Origin: an uncultured Gammaproteobacteria bacterium
Lineage (GTDB): Bacteria; Patescibacteriota; Microgenomatia; PFEM01; JAPLYW01
NCBI GenBank assembly: GCA_965230945.1
Contig: OZ246397.1
Coordinates: forward strand, 4,692-68,691
Length of the DNA stretch: 64,000 nucleotides
Reading direction: 5' to 3'
Below are positions 8,149-17,888 of the stretch, piece after piece (within the stretch, counting starts at the first letter, position 1; every line of letters begins with the position of its first letter). The notes beneath the pieces were generated by a model. That model worked only from the letters and a program-made list of their open reading frames with translations, was not told the origin of the DNA and did not search any database. The position numbers were made by a program, and so were the translations under genes.

Positions 8149-10761
8149 ATGAGCCGTTGGCAGCAGATTTGGCACAGACGCAGTTCTAGAAGAGATTATT
8201 ATTCTCGTCGAAAAAGTAAAACCAAGTCTAAATTAGTAGCTAGATTAGCTATCATTGCTTTCATTGGACTTTTGGGTTTGACTATTTTTAGTGCCGGTTT
8301 GTTTGCCTTTTATGCCAAAGATTTACCCCATCCTGACAAGGTAGTTCGTAGAGAAGGTTTTTCTACCAAAATTTATGATCGCAACGGTGAACTTTTGTAT
8401 GATATTTTTTCTGATCAAAGAAGGACGCCAGTTAAATTAGATGAGGTCCCCCAGCATTTAAAGAACGCGACTATTGCCATTGAAGATAAAAATTTCTATA
8501 GACATGGTGGCTTTGATCCAACAGGTATTTTTCGAGCTTTAACTAATATTGTCATTCGTGGTCGTCTTCAGGGAGGTTCCACCTTGACTCAGCAGTTAGT
8601 AAAAAATGTTTTACTTACCCCTCAAAGAACAGTCACTCGTAAATTAAAAGAATTTATTTTATCTATTCAAATTGAAAATCGTTATTCCAAAGACCAGATT
8701 TTGCAGATGTATCTCAACGAGGTCCCCTTTGGTGGAACGGCTTGGGGTGTTCAAGCAGCTTCGGAAACTTACTTTGATAAAAAAGTTTCCGAGTTAAACT
8801 TAATAGAATCAGCCATTCTAGCCGGTTTGCCTCAAAGACCAAGTGTTTACTCCCCTTTTAATGATGATGAAGCTTATATTGGACGAACGACCCAAGTTTT
8901 AAAAAGAATGAGAGAAGATGGTTATATTACCGCAGAGCAGGAAAAAGAGGTTTTAAATCAGCTTAAGAAGGTAGAATTTGCTTCAGAGGGGATTGGCTTT
9001 AAAGCCCCTCATTTCGTGATGTATGTTAAGCAGCAACTAGAAGAACGTTACGGACAGAGTTTAGTTGAGGGAGGCGGGTTGAAAGTAACGACAACTTTAG
9101 ATTTAGAACTCCAAGAGCAAGCCCAAGAGGCAGTCACAGAAGAAATCAAAAAAGTAGAGTATCTTCATATTACTAATGGGGCAGCTTTGGTAATTGATCC
9201 CAGTAATGGCGAAATTTTAGCGATGGTGGGATCTAAAAACTATAGTGATCCTGATTATGATGGCAAAGTTAATGTAACTTTATCTTTGCGTCAGCCGGGA
9301 TCAGCTATAAAACCTGTTACCTATGTGACGGCTCTGAAAAAGGGTTATAATGCCGCTTCTTTAATTATGGATACGGCGACGGTTTTTCCTGGTGGGACTG
9401 GTCTTCCCGACTACAAGCCAGTTAACTATGATGGTAATTTTAATGGTCCCCTGCAGGTTCGTTTTGCTTTGGGTAATTCGATTAATATGGCAGCCGTTAA
9501 AATGTTGGCCAAAGTAGGAGTTAAAGAAATGCTTAATACAGCCTATCAAATGGGTATTTCTAGTCTTAAACCTACCAATGAAAATTTGAAGCGTTTCGGT
9601 TTGTCAGTAACTTTAGGTGGGGGTGAGGTTAGGCTGTTGGAATTAACTTCTGCTTATTCGGCTTTTGCCAATGGTGGTTTAAAAGTTGAACCGATTTCCA
9701 TTTTGAAGGTTACCGATAAGGATGGTAAGGTTTTAGATGAATACAAACCGGTTACTGGTAAAAAGGTTTTAACTCGAGAAGAGGCCTTTTTAATTTCTCA
9801 TATTCTTTCTGATAACAATGCCCGCTTAATTACTTTTGGTGAACGTAGTGCTTTGGTGATTAGTAACAGAACTGTGGCTGTAAAGACAGGAACAACTAAT
9901 GATAAGCGTGATAATTGGACTATTGGTTGGACACCACAAGTAGTCGTCGCTGTTTGGGTAGGTAATAATGACAATAGCCCTATGAAACAGGTTTCTTCTG
10001 GGGTATCTGGAGCAGCTCCTATTTGGCGTAGAATTATAGAGGCGGCCCTAAAAGGTAAATCTAATATTGGTTTTATTGTTCCCGAGGGAATTGTAACAGC
10101 TGAAGTTGATCAAGTTTCAGGGTATAGAGCCCATGATGGCTTTCCTTCCCGGGTTGAGTATTTTATAAAAGGGACAGAGCCGCAAGGAGAAGATCCAATC
10201 CATACCGAACTTAAGCTTTGTCGAGGTCAAGAAAAGCTGGCTACTTTAGCTCAAATCGCTCGGGGTGAATACGAAGAAAAAGAATACTTTGTTTTTAAGG
10301 AAGAAGATCCTATATCGACTGATGGTGTTAATCGTTGGCAACAAGGCATTGATGAATGGTTATCTACCCAAGGTGATTCTCGTTATCATTCTCCGACAGA
10401 ATACTGCGGTTCAATAGATGAAATTGAGGTAAGAATTGATGAGCCAGCTCATGAAAGCCAAATTGATAACAATGAAGTGAGAGTTAAAGGTAAAATTATT
10501 GCTACTAATAATATTACCAAGATAGAGATTCTGATTGACGGAGAGGTGAAAGAGATAATTGAGAACAGTAGGAAGTTCGACAAAATCTTTAATCTTACTG
10601 ACGGTACTTATTTTGTTGAAGTTAAAGCTTATGATGATCAGGGTAACCAAGGGGAAAGAGGTGCCAGAATTGGCGTTAATGTCCCTTGGAATTGGGAGGA
10701 ACCAACTCCAACACCCTCCCCCACTCTCACTCTAACTCCTACACCTAACATAACACCGTAG
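8149..10761 (+). CDS. Class A penicillin-binding protein with C-terminal Ig-like domain and PT-rich tail
   Basis: AIEDKNFY and GGSTLTQQ (transglycosylase); SAIK, SIN, KTG (transpeptidase). Confidence 0.93.
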   Translation: MSRWQQIWHRRSSRRDYYSRRKSKTKSKLVARLAIIAFIGLLGLTIFSAGLFAFYAKDLPHPDKVVRREGFSTKIYDRNGELLYDIFSDQRRTPVKLDEVPQHLKNATIAIEDKNFYRHGGFDPTGIFRALTNIVIRGRLQGGSTLTQQLVKNVLLTPQRTVTRKLKEFILSIQIENRYSKDQILQMYLNEVPFGGTAWGVQAASETYFDKKVSELNLIESAILAGLPQRPSVYSPFNDDEAYIGRTTQVLKRMREDGYITAEQEKEVLNQLKKVEFASEGIGFKAPHFVMYVKQQLEERYGQSLVEGGGLKVTTTLDLELQEQAQEAVTEEIKKVEYLHITNGAALVIDPSNGEILAMVGSKNYSDPDYDGKVNVTLSLRQPGSAIKPVTYVTALKKGYNAASLIMDTATVFPGGTGLPDYKPVNYDGNFNGPLQVRFALGNSINMAAVKMLAKVGVKEMLNTAYQMGISSLKPTNENLKRFGLSVTLGGGEVRLLELTSAYSAFANGGLKVEPISILKVTDKDGKVLDEYKPVTGKKVLTREEAFLISHILSDNNARLITFGERSALVISNRTVAVKTGTTNDKRDNWTIGWTPQVVVAVWVGNNDNSPMKQVSSGVSGAAPIWRRIIEAALKGKSNIGFIVPEGIVTAEVDQVSGYRAHDGFPSRVEYFIKGTEPQGEDPIHTELKLCRGQEKLATLAQIARGEYEEKEYFVFKEEDPISTDGVNRWQQGIDEWLSTQGDSRYHSPTEYCGSIDEIEVRIDEPAHESQIDNNEVRVKGKIIATNNITKIEILIDGEVKEIIENSRKFDKIFNLTDGTYFVEVKAYDDQGNQGERGARIGVNVPWNWEEPTPTPSPTLTLTPTPNITP

Positions 10762-10888
10762 AGTTTACTAAAATGTTAATAGGACCCAAAAATAGAAGTG
10801 TTAGAAAAATTTTTCTATATAAATAAACTCTTTTTGAATAAAAAACATAGAAGAAGTATAGGCGGGCGGGGCAAATGAAGTATTATGG

Positions 10889-12916
10889 TTAACTTTTCAG
10901 TTTTATTTCGAATTTATCTTTAAAAGTTTTTATTATTTTATTTCTTACCTTTTTGACTTCTTTATCTGTAAGGGTTTTTTTGTCGTCTTGATAAGTAATT
11001 CTAAAAGTGTAATTGTCCTTAAAAGAATCTACTAACTCTACGGTTTTAATAATTAAACTACTCGATTTAATTAATTCAATTAAATCATTTATAAAAACTT
11101 TTTTGTCTACAATAAAAGTTAAATCTTCAATAATGGCTGGATATTTAGGAATAGCCTTATATTCTTTAATAGAATTGGCATATTTTAGAAGTTGATTAAA
11201 TTCAATGTCTAAAATGATTATTTTTCTTTTGATATTGAATTTAGAGATAATATCTTGATTTACTTCCCCGATTATTCCCAATGGTTCTTTATTAATTATA
11301 ACTTCAGCCAATTTGTTGTGTTTAAAGATTTTTCCATAAGCTGTTTTTTCAAGTTCATAAGGTTTGAATTTATAGTTTTTAATATTTAATTCGCTTAAAA
11401 GAACTTCAAGAATTCCCTTGAGTGAGTAAAAGTCATCTTGATTGCTAGCTATAGTTAAGGTTAGGTCCTCTTTTGGAAGCCTATCCTTACTAATAGGAAG
11501 ATAGACATTGGCTAATTCAAAAACTTTAATATTTTCTTGATATTTCTGATTTTTACTAATTACCTCGAGAATTGCGGGAATTAAGGAAGGGCGCATAAGA
11601 GCCTCTTCACTTAATGGATTGGCAATTTGAATATAATCGCTACTTTCTATTTTGGTTTTTTCTAAAAGTTTTTGACTAATCATGGAATAATTATATGTTT
11701 CGTTAAAACCTAAATCTTTGAGTAAATTTTTAACTTTATCTTGCCAAACAAAAGTTTCTTTTTCTTCTTCTTGAGATATATTGCCAATAAAAAGATTATT
11801 AGGGAAGTTGTTGTAGCCATAAATACGGGCAATTTCTTCAATTAGATCTTCGGGAATATTGATATCATCATTACGCCAATGAGGTACAATAACCTCTATT
11901 TGGTTTTGTTTAATTATAGTTTTAAAGTTAAGGTCGTTAAGGATCTTTTGGCTTTCGTTAATGTCGATTTTAATACCAGTAATTTCTTGTAATTTGTTTT
12001 GTGAAAGGGTTACTTTTTTAATTTTTGGTTTGTTGGGATAAATATCAATAAGATTGCTGGCGACAGAAGCATGGCAGTTTTCTTTAAACAAATTAATAGC
12101 TCTTCTCATAGCGGGAAGGACTCCTTCAGGATCAATCCCCTTTTCGAAACGAGAAGCAGCTTCAGTTCTAAAAGAAAGTTTCTGACAGGTCTGGCGGATT
12201 TTAGCTGGATCATAGGTTTGGATGAATAACAAAACTCTTTTTGTATTTTCGTCCACCTCTGAATTAGCCCCGCCCAAAATGCCGCAAAGGTCAATAATTC
12301 TTTTGTCCCCGTCTTCAATAACAATAGTGCCTTGAGGTAGGGATCTTTTTTTACCATCAATGGTGACGATTTGTTCTTCTGATTTAGATTCTCTAAGAAT
12401 AATTTTGCTTTTTTTGATTTTATCGTAATCAAAGGTGTGCATTGGCTGTCCGAGTTCAATCATAAGGTAATTGGAAATATCAATGACATTATTCAAAGCT
12501 CTAATGCCAACTTTTTCTAGTCTTTCTTGAATAACTTTAGGTGATGGTTTGATTTTGATATTATCAAAGATAAGAGCGGTAAATCTCGGGCAAAGGGTAG
12601 CTTTAGAGATAATTACTTTTAAGGGTAGTGTTTTTTTAATACTCTTTAGATTTTCCTTATCTTCCTCTGGTTTTTTAAGTTCTGCCTTAATATTGAATCT
12701 GGGGAGAACGGCCTTTAATTCTCTGGCAATACCAAAAACGGAAAGACAATCAGGGCGATTGCTAGTTATCTCTATCTCGTAAATAGAATCTCTCCCTGAA
12801 GGAATGATTTTTTCTACTGACTGGCTACATAAAGAAAGATACTCAGCAATTTGCTTAACGGTTGCCTTGGTTTTTAAAAAGTCTCTTAGCCAGGAATCAG
12901 GAATTAAAATATTCAT
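10889..12916 (-). CDS. pheT: Phenylalanine--tRNA ligase beta subunit (short form)
   Basis: ITSNRPDC, ELGQPMHTFD, SRFEKG, DLIEEIARIYGY; follows pheS. Confidence 0.95.
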   Translation of the reverse strand: MNILIPDSWLRDFLKTKATVKQIAEYLSLCSQSVEKIIPSGRDSIYEIEITSNRPDCLSVFGIARELKAVLPRFNIKAELKKPEEDKENLKSIKKTLPLKVIISKATLCPRFTALIFDNIKIKPSPKVIQERLEKVGIRALNNVIDISNYLMIELGQPMHTFDYDKIKKSKIILRESKSEEQIVTIDGKKRSLPQGTIVIEDGDKRIIDLCGILGGANSEVDENTKRVLLFIQTYDPAKIRQTCQKLSFRTEAASRFEKGIDPEGVLPAMRRAINLFKENCHASVASNLIDIYPNKPKIKKVTLSQNKLQEITGIKIDINESQKILNDLNFKTIIKQNQIEVIVPHWRNDDINIPEDLIEEIARIYGYNNFPNNLFIGNISQEEEKETFVWQDKVKNLLKDLGFNETYNYSMISQKLLEKTKIESSDYIQIANPLSEEALMRPSLIPAILEVISKNQKYQENIKVFELANVYLPISKDRLPKEDLTLTIASNQDDFYSLKGILEVLLSELNIKNYKFKPYELEKTAYGKIFKHNKLAEVIINKEPLGIIGEVNQDIISKFNIKRKIIILDIEFNQLLKYANSIKEYKAIPKYPAIIEDLTFIVDKKVFINDLIELIKSSSLIIKTVELVDSFKDNYTFRITYQDDKKTLTDKEVKKVRNKIIKTFKDKFEIKLKS

Positions 12917-13948
12917 CTAGAATTGATTTAAAAAGCGAAAATCACTATTAAATAATAATCTAATATCATTAATGCCGTACTTCATCATTAAAACCCGTTC
13001 TAGGCCAAAACCTGAGGCAAAACCAGTATATTTTTTAGGATCTAGCCCCCCATTTTTCAAAACCTGAGGATGAACCATACCAGCTCCCCCAATTTCCATC
13101 CAACCTTCTTTGCAGACTTTACATCCTTTACCACCACAAACCAAACAGGTAATATCAACTTCAAAGGAAGGCTCGGTAAACTGAAAGTGAAAAGGTCTAA
13201 TTCTTGTCTTCCTATTTTGACCAAAATATTGTTTAACAAAGTAATCTAAGGTTCCTTTAAGATGAGTAATGTTAATACCCTTATCGACAACTAAAGTTTC
13301 GAATTGATAAAACATAGGTGTATGGGAGGCGTCAATCTGACGACGATAACACTTAGCGATATTAAACATTCGTATTGGCGGTTTATGCTTTTCCAATTCT
13401 CTTAGCTGTCCTGAAGAAGTATGAGGAGTTAGAACGGCACCATCATATTTTTTATTGTTTAGGTCCTTAATGAAAAAAGTTTCCCATTCATCTCTGGCGG
13501 GATGATTTTTGGGCATATTAAGGCCTTTAAAGGCGTACCAGTCCCATTCAACTTCTGGATAGGAAACCTGTTTAAAGCCAATCTTCTTAAAGATGTTTAC
13601 AATTTCTTGAGTGGCGAGAGTAATTAAATGAAGATGGCCAAGGGATGGTTTTTTACCAGGAAGAGTAATATCAAACCATTGATCTTCTTTTTTGGTTTTT
13701 TGTTCTCTTAAAATAGAAATTCGTTGCTTAATACTATCTTCAACAATTTTTTTAGCATCGTTAATAAGGATACCGATCTCTTTACGTTGTTCAGCTTCTA
13801 ATTTAGGTAATTCTTTGATCAAATCGGTAAGCTCCCCTTTACGTCCTAGATAATTAATTCTTATCTGTTCCAGCTCTTCTTTTGATTTGGCTTCAATGAT
13901 ACTTGAAAGGGCTTGGTTTTTAAGATTTTGAATTTTGCTAAGGTTCAT
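12917..13948 (-). CDS. pheS: Phenylalanine--tRNA ligase alpha subunit
   Basis: HPARD, HTPMFYQ, FQFTEPS, GAGMVHP, GFGLER. Confidence 0.97.
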   Translation of the reverse strand: MNLSKIQNLKNQALSSIIEAKSKEELEQIRINYLGRKGELTDLIKELPKLEAEQRKEIGILINDAKKIVEDSIKQRISILREQKTKKEDQWFDITLPGKKPSLGHLHLITLATQEIVNIFKKIGFKQVSYPEVEWDWYAFKGLNMPKNHPARDEWETFFIKDLNNKKYDGAVLTPHTSSGQLRELEKHKPPIRMFNIAKCYRRQIDASHTPMFYQFETLVVDKGINITHLKGTLDYFVKQYFGQNRKTRIRPFHFQFTEPSFEVDITCLVCGGKGCKVCKEGWMEIGGAGMVHPQVLKNGGLDPKKYTGFASGFGLERVLMMKYGINDIRLLFNSDFRFLNQF

Positions 13949-13998
13949 AGTTTAATCTTCGCATAAAACTAGCTGATAAACAATATTAATTTAGATTT

Positions 13999-14022
13999 AA
14001 AAAAGCCTCCCTACGGAGGCTC
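13999..14022 (-). terminator. Intrinsic terminator in pheST leader
   Basis: Minus strand AGCCTCC-GTAG-GGAGGCT followed by a T run, about 50 nt upstream of pheS. Confidence 0.8.
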
Positions 14023-14072
14023 ATTTTTTTCTATCTTTAAAAACGCAAAATCCAACCTCCCTACAAACAGCT

Positions 14073-14126
14073 TTAGGTGAAAAACAACCCATTTCTTGCT
14101 GTCCAGGTAATGGTTGGAACTTGCAT
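14073..14126 (-). CDS. Putative pheST leader peptide MQVPTITWTARNGLFFT
   Basis: 17 codons with tandem TTT TTC, between the promoter and the terminator. Confidence 0.7.
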   Translation of the reverse strand: MQVPTITWTARNGLFFT

Positions 14127-14133
14127 TGGGAGT

Positions 14134-14163
14134 ATTATAAAGGAATTATAAAATTATTGTCAA
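14134..14163 (-). promoter_or_regulatory. sigma70 promoter of pheST leader
   Basis: TTGACA-N18-TATAAT on the minus strand. Confidence 0.75.
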
Positions 14164-14510
14164 GAGGTTTTTCTTATTTTGCTGACGATCGTCTCAAAGG
14201 TTTTAGGATCCGAGGTGATTATTTCAGAAAGAATTTTACGGTTGAGCTCTATTTTAGCCTCTTTAAGAGCGTTGATAAATTTAGAATAAGAAAAGCTTTT
14301 TTTTGCTAAAGCAGCATTAATTCTGGTAATCCAAAGTTTTCTGAAGTCTCTTTTCTTTAGTTTTCTACCCACATAGGCATATTGACCGGCATGAAGATCA
14401 GCCTCTTTAGAAACTTTATAGAGTCTGCCTTTAGTCATTCTAAAGCCTTTGGTTCTTTTGAGAACCTTTTTATGTCTTTTAGATCTTGTGGTACCTGTTT
14501 TGATACGCAT
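14160..14510 (-). CDS. rplT: 50S ribosomal protein L20
   Basis: KRDFRKLWITRINAA, YSKFI, LNRKILSE. Confidence 0.97.
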   Translation of the reverse strand: MRIKTGTTRSKRHKKVLKRTKGFRMTKGRLYKVSKEADLHAGQYAYVGRKLKKRDFRKLWITRINAALAKKSFSYSKFINALKEAKIELNRKILSEIITSDPKTFETIVSKIRKTS

Positions 14511-14512
14511 TT

Positions 14513-14713
14513 TTACTTTCCTAATAGTTTTTTAACTTTTCTTTTCCACTTGCCGCTCATTTCTTTAGGAATTTTTTGGGCCCTTACCTGACCTTTTTTC
14601 TTTTTACGGCGAAGATGTTTGACATGTGAGCCTCGAAATAAAACCTTACCAGTTTTAGTTACTTTAAACCTTCTTGAAATTGATTTTTTAATTTTTAGTT
14701 TGTTCTTTTTCAT
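14513..14713 (-). CDS. rpmI: 50S ribosomal protein L35
   Basis: RRFKVTKTGKV; infC-rpmI-rplT order. Confidence 0.93.
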   Translation of the reverse strand: MKKNKLKIKKSISRRFKVTKTGKVLFRGSHVKHLRRKKKKGQVRAQKIPKEMSGKWKRKVKKLLGK

Positions 14714-15242
14714 TTTTATTACCTTTTTCTGGTACTAAGGTTGTTTCTAACCTTCTGCCAATAATTTTAGGTTCAGTTTCAACTCTAGAAAAGGGACTGA
14801 TTTTTTCAATAACTTTTTTAAGGAGACTGTAGCCAATTTCTTTTTTGGTAATCTGCCTGCCTTTAAACCTAAGATTAATTTTTACTTTATGTCCTTCTTT
14901 TAAAAATTTTTCAATCTTCTTTATTCTAAAATTAAGATCATTTTCAGCTATAAATAAAGTTAGCCTGACTTCTTTTAACTCTGTTTTTCTGCATTTTTTC
15001 TTCTCTTCTTGTTTCTTTTTAGCCTGTAAATATTTAAATTTTTTAAAATCAATAATTTTACAAACCGGTGGCTTTGCTTTAGGAGCAACCTCAACTAAAT
15101 CAAGCTTTGCTTCTTGGGCTTTAGCTAAAGCCTGTCTGGAATCCAAAATTCCAATTTGTTTTCCTTTTTCATCAATAACCCGAACTTTTTCGGCGTTAAT
15201 ATATTGGTTTGTGCGATAGAATCTATTGGATTTCTTGAACAA
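14688..15242 (-). CDS. infC: Translation initiation factor IF-3 (non-AUG start, TTG at 15242 preferred)
   Basis: LDLVEVAP, PPVCKIIDF, KEVRL, FKGRQ; no in-frame ATG; the track start at 15314 overlaps thrS. Confidence 0.93.
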   Translation of the reverse strand: MFKKSNRFYRTNQYINAEKVRVIDEKGKQIGILDSRQALAKAQEAKLDLVEVAPKAKPPVCKIIDFKKFKYLQAKKKQEEKKKCRKTELKEVRLTLFIAENDLNFRIKKIEKFLKEGHKVKINLRFKGRQITKKEIGYSLLKKVIEKISPFSRVETEPKIIGRRLETTLVPEKGNKNEKEQTKN

Positions 15243-15264
15243 GGTTTGGTTTAGTTTATCAAAT

Positions 15265-17010
15265 TTACTTCTTTTTATCAATATTTTCTTTAAGAAGGCT
15301 AATGAATTTATCAACTTTCATATTTCCCATAACTTTACCACCCCTCGTTCTAATATTAATATTTTTCCCATTAACTTCTTTTTCACCGAGGATAACCATA
15401 TAAGGTATTTTTTGAATCTCAGCTTCTCTAATCTTTAGGCTGGTCGTTTGGTTACGATCGTCTAATTTAACACGAATTTTCTCTTCTTGGAGTTGATTAG
15501 TTATTTTTTGGGCATAATCTTTCTGTTTATCGGTGATGGGAATAACGATAACTTGTACAGGTGACAGCCAAAGAGGAAAAGCTCCAGCAAAATACTCAAT
15601 TAAAAGGGCTAATAGGCGTTCATACGATCCTAAGACCGATCTGTGAACCATTACTGGCGGTGTCTTTTTCCCATTTTGGTCAACGTAAACCAAACCAAAT
15701 CGTTTAGGCGTGGCAAAATCTAGTTGAACAGTAGGAATTTGAATCTCATTTCCCAAGGCATCTTTGAACATAAAATCCAGCTTAGGACCATATAGAGCTG
15801 CCTCTCCTTCACGTAGTTTAGCATCCAGCTTCATCTCATTGGCTACCTCTTTCAACATCTTCTCACACTTATCCCAATCCTTAGGTTCACCTATATATTT
15901 CTCCGGATGTTCATAATCTCTGACAGAAAGAGAAACCCAATGATGCCCCCAAAGACCAAGAGCGCTGTAAAAATCCTTGATAATATTAACCATATTGATT
16001 ATTTCGTCCTTTACCTGATCGATTCGGCAAAATGAATGGCCATCCTCAACTGTAATTGCATAAACTCGATTTAACCCCCCTACTTCACCGGTTTTCTCTG
16101 CCCGGTATTGCTTCCCCGATTCCATGTACCTTAGAGGTAGGTCACGATAAGATCTTGGCTTTGAAGCATAAATTTGAGTTTGGTGAGGACATAGAACAGG
16201 CCTCATCACAAAATCATGACCCCTTAGAGAAGAAACACGAAATAGTTCTTTTCCGAATTTGTCTGCATGGCCAGATAGCTTAAAGAGCTTTATTTTTGCT
16301 AAATGGGGAGTTATTACTTTTTCAAAACCATAACCCTGACAGACTTCTTCAATATATTTTTGCAATTCCTCTCTGATGACGGTCCCCTTTGGTGTATAGA
16401 GAGGTAAACCTGTCCCTACTAAATCAGAAAAACAAAAAAGGTCTAATTCCTTACCGATTTTTCTATGATCTCTTTTCTTAGCTTCTTCAAGCATCTTTAG
16501 GTGTTTATCTAGGTCTTTTTTATTTTCAAAACAGGCACCATAGATACGGGTTAGCATCTTATTCTTTTCGCTTCCCTTCCAATAAGCCCCGGCTAAAGAG
16601 AAGAGTTTAAAGGAGCCTATCTTTGAAGTATCACTAATATGGGGTCCTTTACAAAGGTCAATAAAATTTCCGCTTTTATAAAGAGAGACTTTTTTATTTC
16701 CTTCTTTTTTAAGATCCTCTATTAACTCTAGTTTATAAGGTTGCTTTTTAAAGAGATCCTGGGCTTTTTTAAAAGAAATTTCTTCTTTTTCAAATTTAAG
16801 AGTCTTTTTTTGAAGCTTTTTCATTTCTTTTTCTATTTTTTCAAGGTCTTTTTCGGTAATTGGCTTTTCAAATTCAAAATCATAATAGAAGCCATCTTTA
16901 ATAGCAGGACCAATGCCTAGTTTGGTTTTAGGAAAGAGTTTTAAAATGACCGCAGCCAGAAGATGGCTGCAGCTATGTCTTAATTTTTCCAATTGATTGT
17001 TCTTTTCCAT
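15265..17010 (-). CDS. thrS: Threonine--tRNA ligase (lacks TGS domain)
   Basis: RHSCSH, DLCKGPH, RDHRKIG, YGPKLDF, FPLWLSP. Confidence 0.96.
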   Translation of the reverse strand: MEKNNQLEKLRHSCSHLLAAVILKLFPKTKLGIGPAIKDGFYYDFEFEKPITEKDLEKIEKEMKKLQKKTLKFEKEEISFKKAQDLFKKQPYKLELIEDLKKEGNKKVSLYKSGNFIDLCKGPHISDTSKIGSFKLFSLAGAYWKGSEKNKMLTRIYGACFENKKDLDKHLKMLEEAKKRDHRKIGKELDLFCFSDLVGTGLPLYTPKGTVIREELQKYIEEVCQGYGFEKVITPHLAKIKLFKLSGHADKFGKELFRVSSLRGHDFVMRPVLCPHQTQIYASKPRSYRDLPLRYMESGKQYRAEKTGEVGGLNRVYAITVEDGHSFCRIDQVKDEIINMVNIIKDFYSALGLWGHHWVSLSVRDYEHPEKYIGEPKDWDKCEKMLKEVANEMKLDAKLREGEAALYGPKLDFMFKDALGNEIQIPTVQLDFATPKRFGLVYVDQNGKKTPPVMVHRSVLGSYERLLALLIEYFAGAFPLWLSPVQVIVIPITDKQKDYAQKITNQLQEEKIRVKLDDRNQTTSLKIREAEIQKIPYMVILGEKEVNGKNINIRTRGGKVMGNMKVDKFISLLKENIDKKK

Positions 17011-17011
17011 C

Positions 17012-17230
17012 TTAATTTGGTAAAACGTTCTTTCTGATTTCTAAAGCTTTGTTGGTGACTTCAATCAGATGAGCAAAGAAATTACCAATGATAGGTAATC
17101 CCCCTAGCCAATTAAGGATTATCCCCAAGATGGTAAAAAAGAGAGCAAAGCCGAGAGTGGCACCAATAGCCCAAAATAGCCCAGCAGAGAAATATTTTAG
17201 AAAATGCTTGCCAGATCTTTTTACTTTCAT
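17012..17230 (-). CDS. Small membrane protein (72 aa)
   Basis: GLFWAIGATLG...LPIIGNF hydrophobic core; start moved to ATG 17230 because the track start lies inside tRNA-Val. Confidence 0.7.
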   Translation of the reverse strand: MKVKRSGKHFLKYFSAGLFWAIGATLGFALFFTILGIILNWLGGLPIIGNFFAHLIEVTNKALEIRKNVLPN

Positions 17231-17238
17231 AAAATCAG

Positions 17239-17312
17239 TGGGTGGTACAGGATTCGAACCTGTGGCCTTCACGATGTCGACGTGACGCTCTAACCAACTG
17301 AGCTAACCACCC
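17239..17312 (-). tRNA. tRNA-Val(GAC)
   Basis: Cloverleaf; anticodon arm TCACG-TCGACAT-CGTGA; GGTTCGAATCC. Confidence 0.93.
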
Positions 17313-17352
17313 GCTTTAATTATTGTACTAAAAAGGCAAAAGTTAAGCAAGA

Positions 17353-17859
17353 TTAACCTACAGAGGTGGCCACATATCTCTCTCCAGACATGGACCATTG
17401 GGTACCTGTTTTCTTGAATTGTGCCCAGTAATTCTTTTTCTTAGTATTTCTTTTATTAAAAATTTCCAGCCAGGTAGCTGCTTCTTCAACTTGTTTTTTT
17501 ATTAAAAGGATACCTTCTTTGAGTTTTTCAAAGAAGGTAAGGTGATAGATACCTGGTTCAACCGGAGTTTGTTCAACAGCTTTTTCTACTTCTTTGTCCA
17601 GGTTTTTAACGCTTTTGCTAAGCTCTTTTATCTCTTCTAAAATACTTTTTATCTTTTCCTCTTCTTTTTGGTGTTTTTGAACAAAGATTAGTCTATCTTG
17701 ATTTTGGATGAATTGGAATTGTTCAAGCTGTTTTTGAAGATCTTCTTTTTTTAAGCCCTTTTCTTCTGAAGGATCAAAACGGCTATCACCCTCGCGAATG
17801 ATCTCAGGGATACTTTGGTTAGGTACTCCCCCACTCTTTTTATTAGATTTACTAATCAT
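17353..17859 (-). CDS. CPR-type hypothetical protein (DUF5660-like)
   Basis: Coiled coil, PGIYHLTFFEKL, YW..FKK.GT...SGER C-terminus. Confidence 0.6.
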   Translation of the reverse strand: MISKSNKKSGGVPNQSIPEIIREGDSRFDPSEEKGLKKEDLQKQLEQFQFIQNQDRLIFVQKHQKEEEKIKSILEEIKELSKSVKNLDKEVEKAVEQTPVEPGIYHLTFFEKLKEGILLIKKQVEEAATWLEIFNKRNTKKKNYWAQFKKTGTQWSMSGERYVATSVG

Positions 17860-17888
17860 TTCTAGAAGGCAGGTTAGCTGTTAATATA

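Noticed and set aside
10762-10888. GC-rich patch GGCGGGCGGGGC and weak inverted repeat between PBP and pheT
   Set aside because: No convincing structure or ORF
13950-14130. T-box riboswitch before pheS
   Set aside because: No GGTGGNACC T-box motif or stem I; the leader-peptide model fits better
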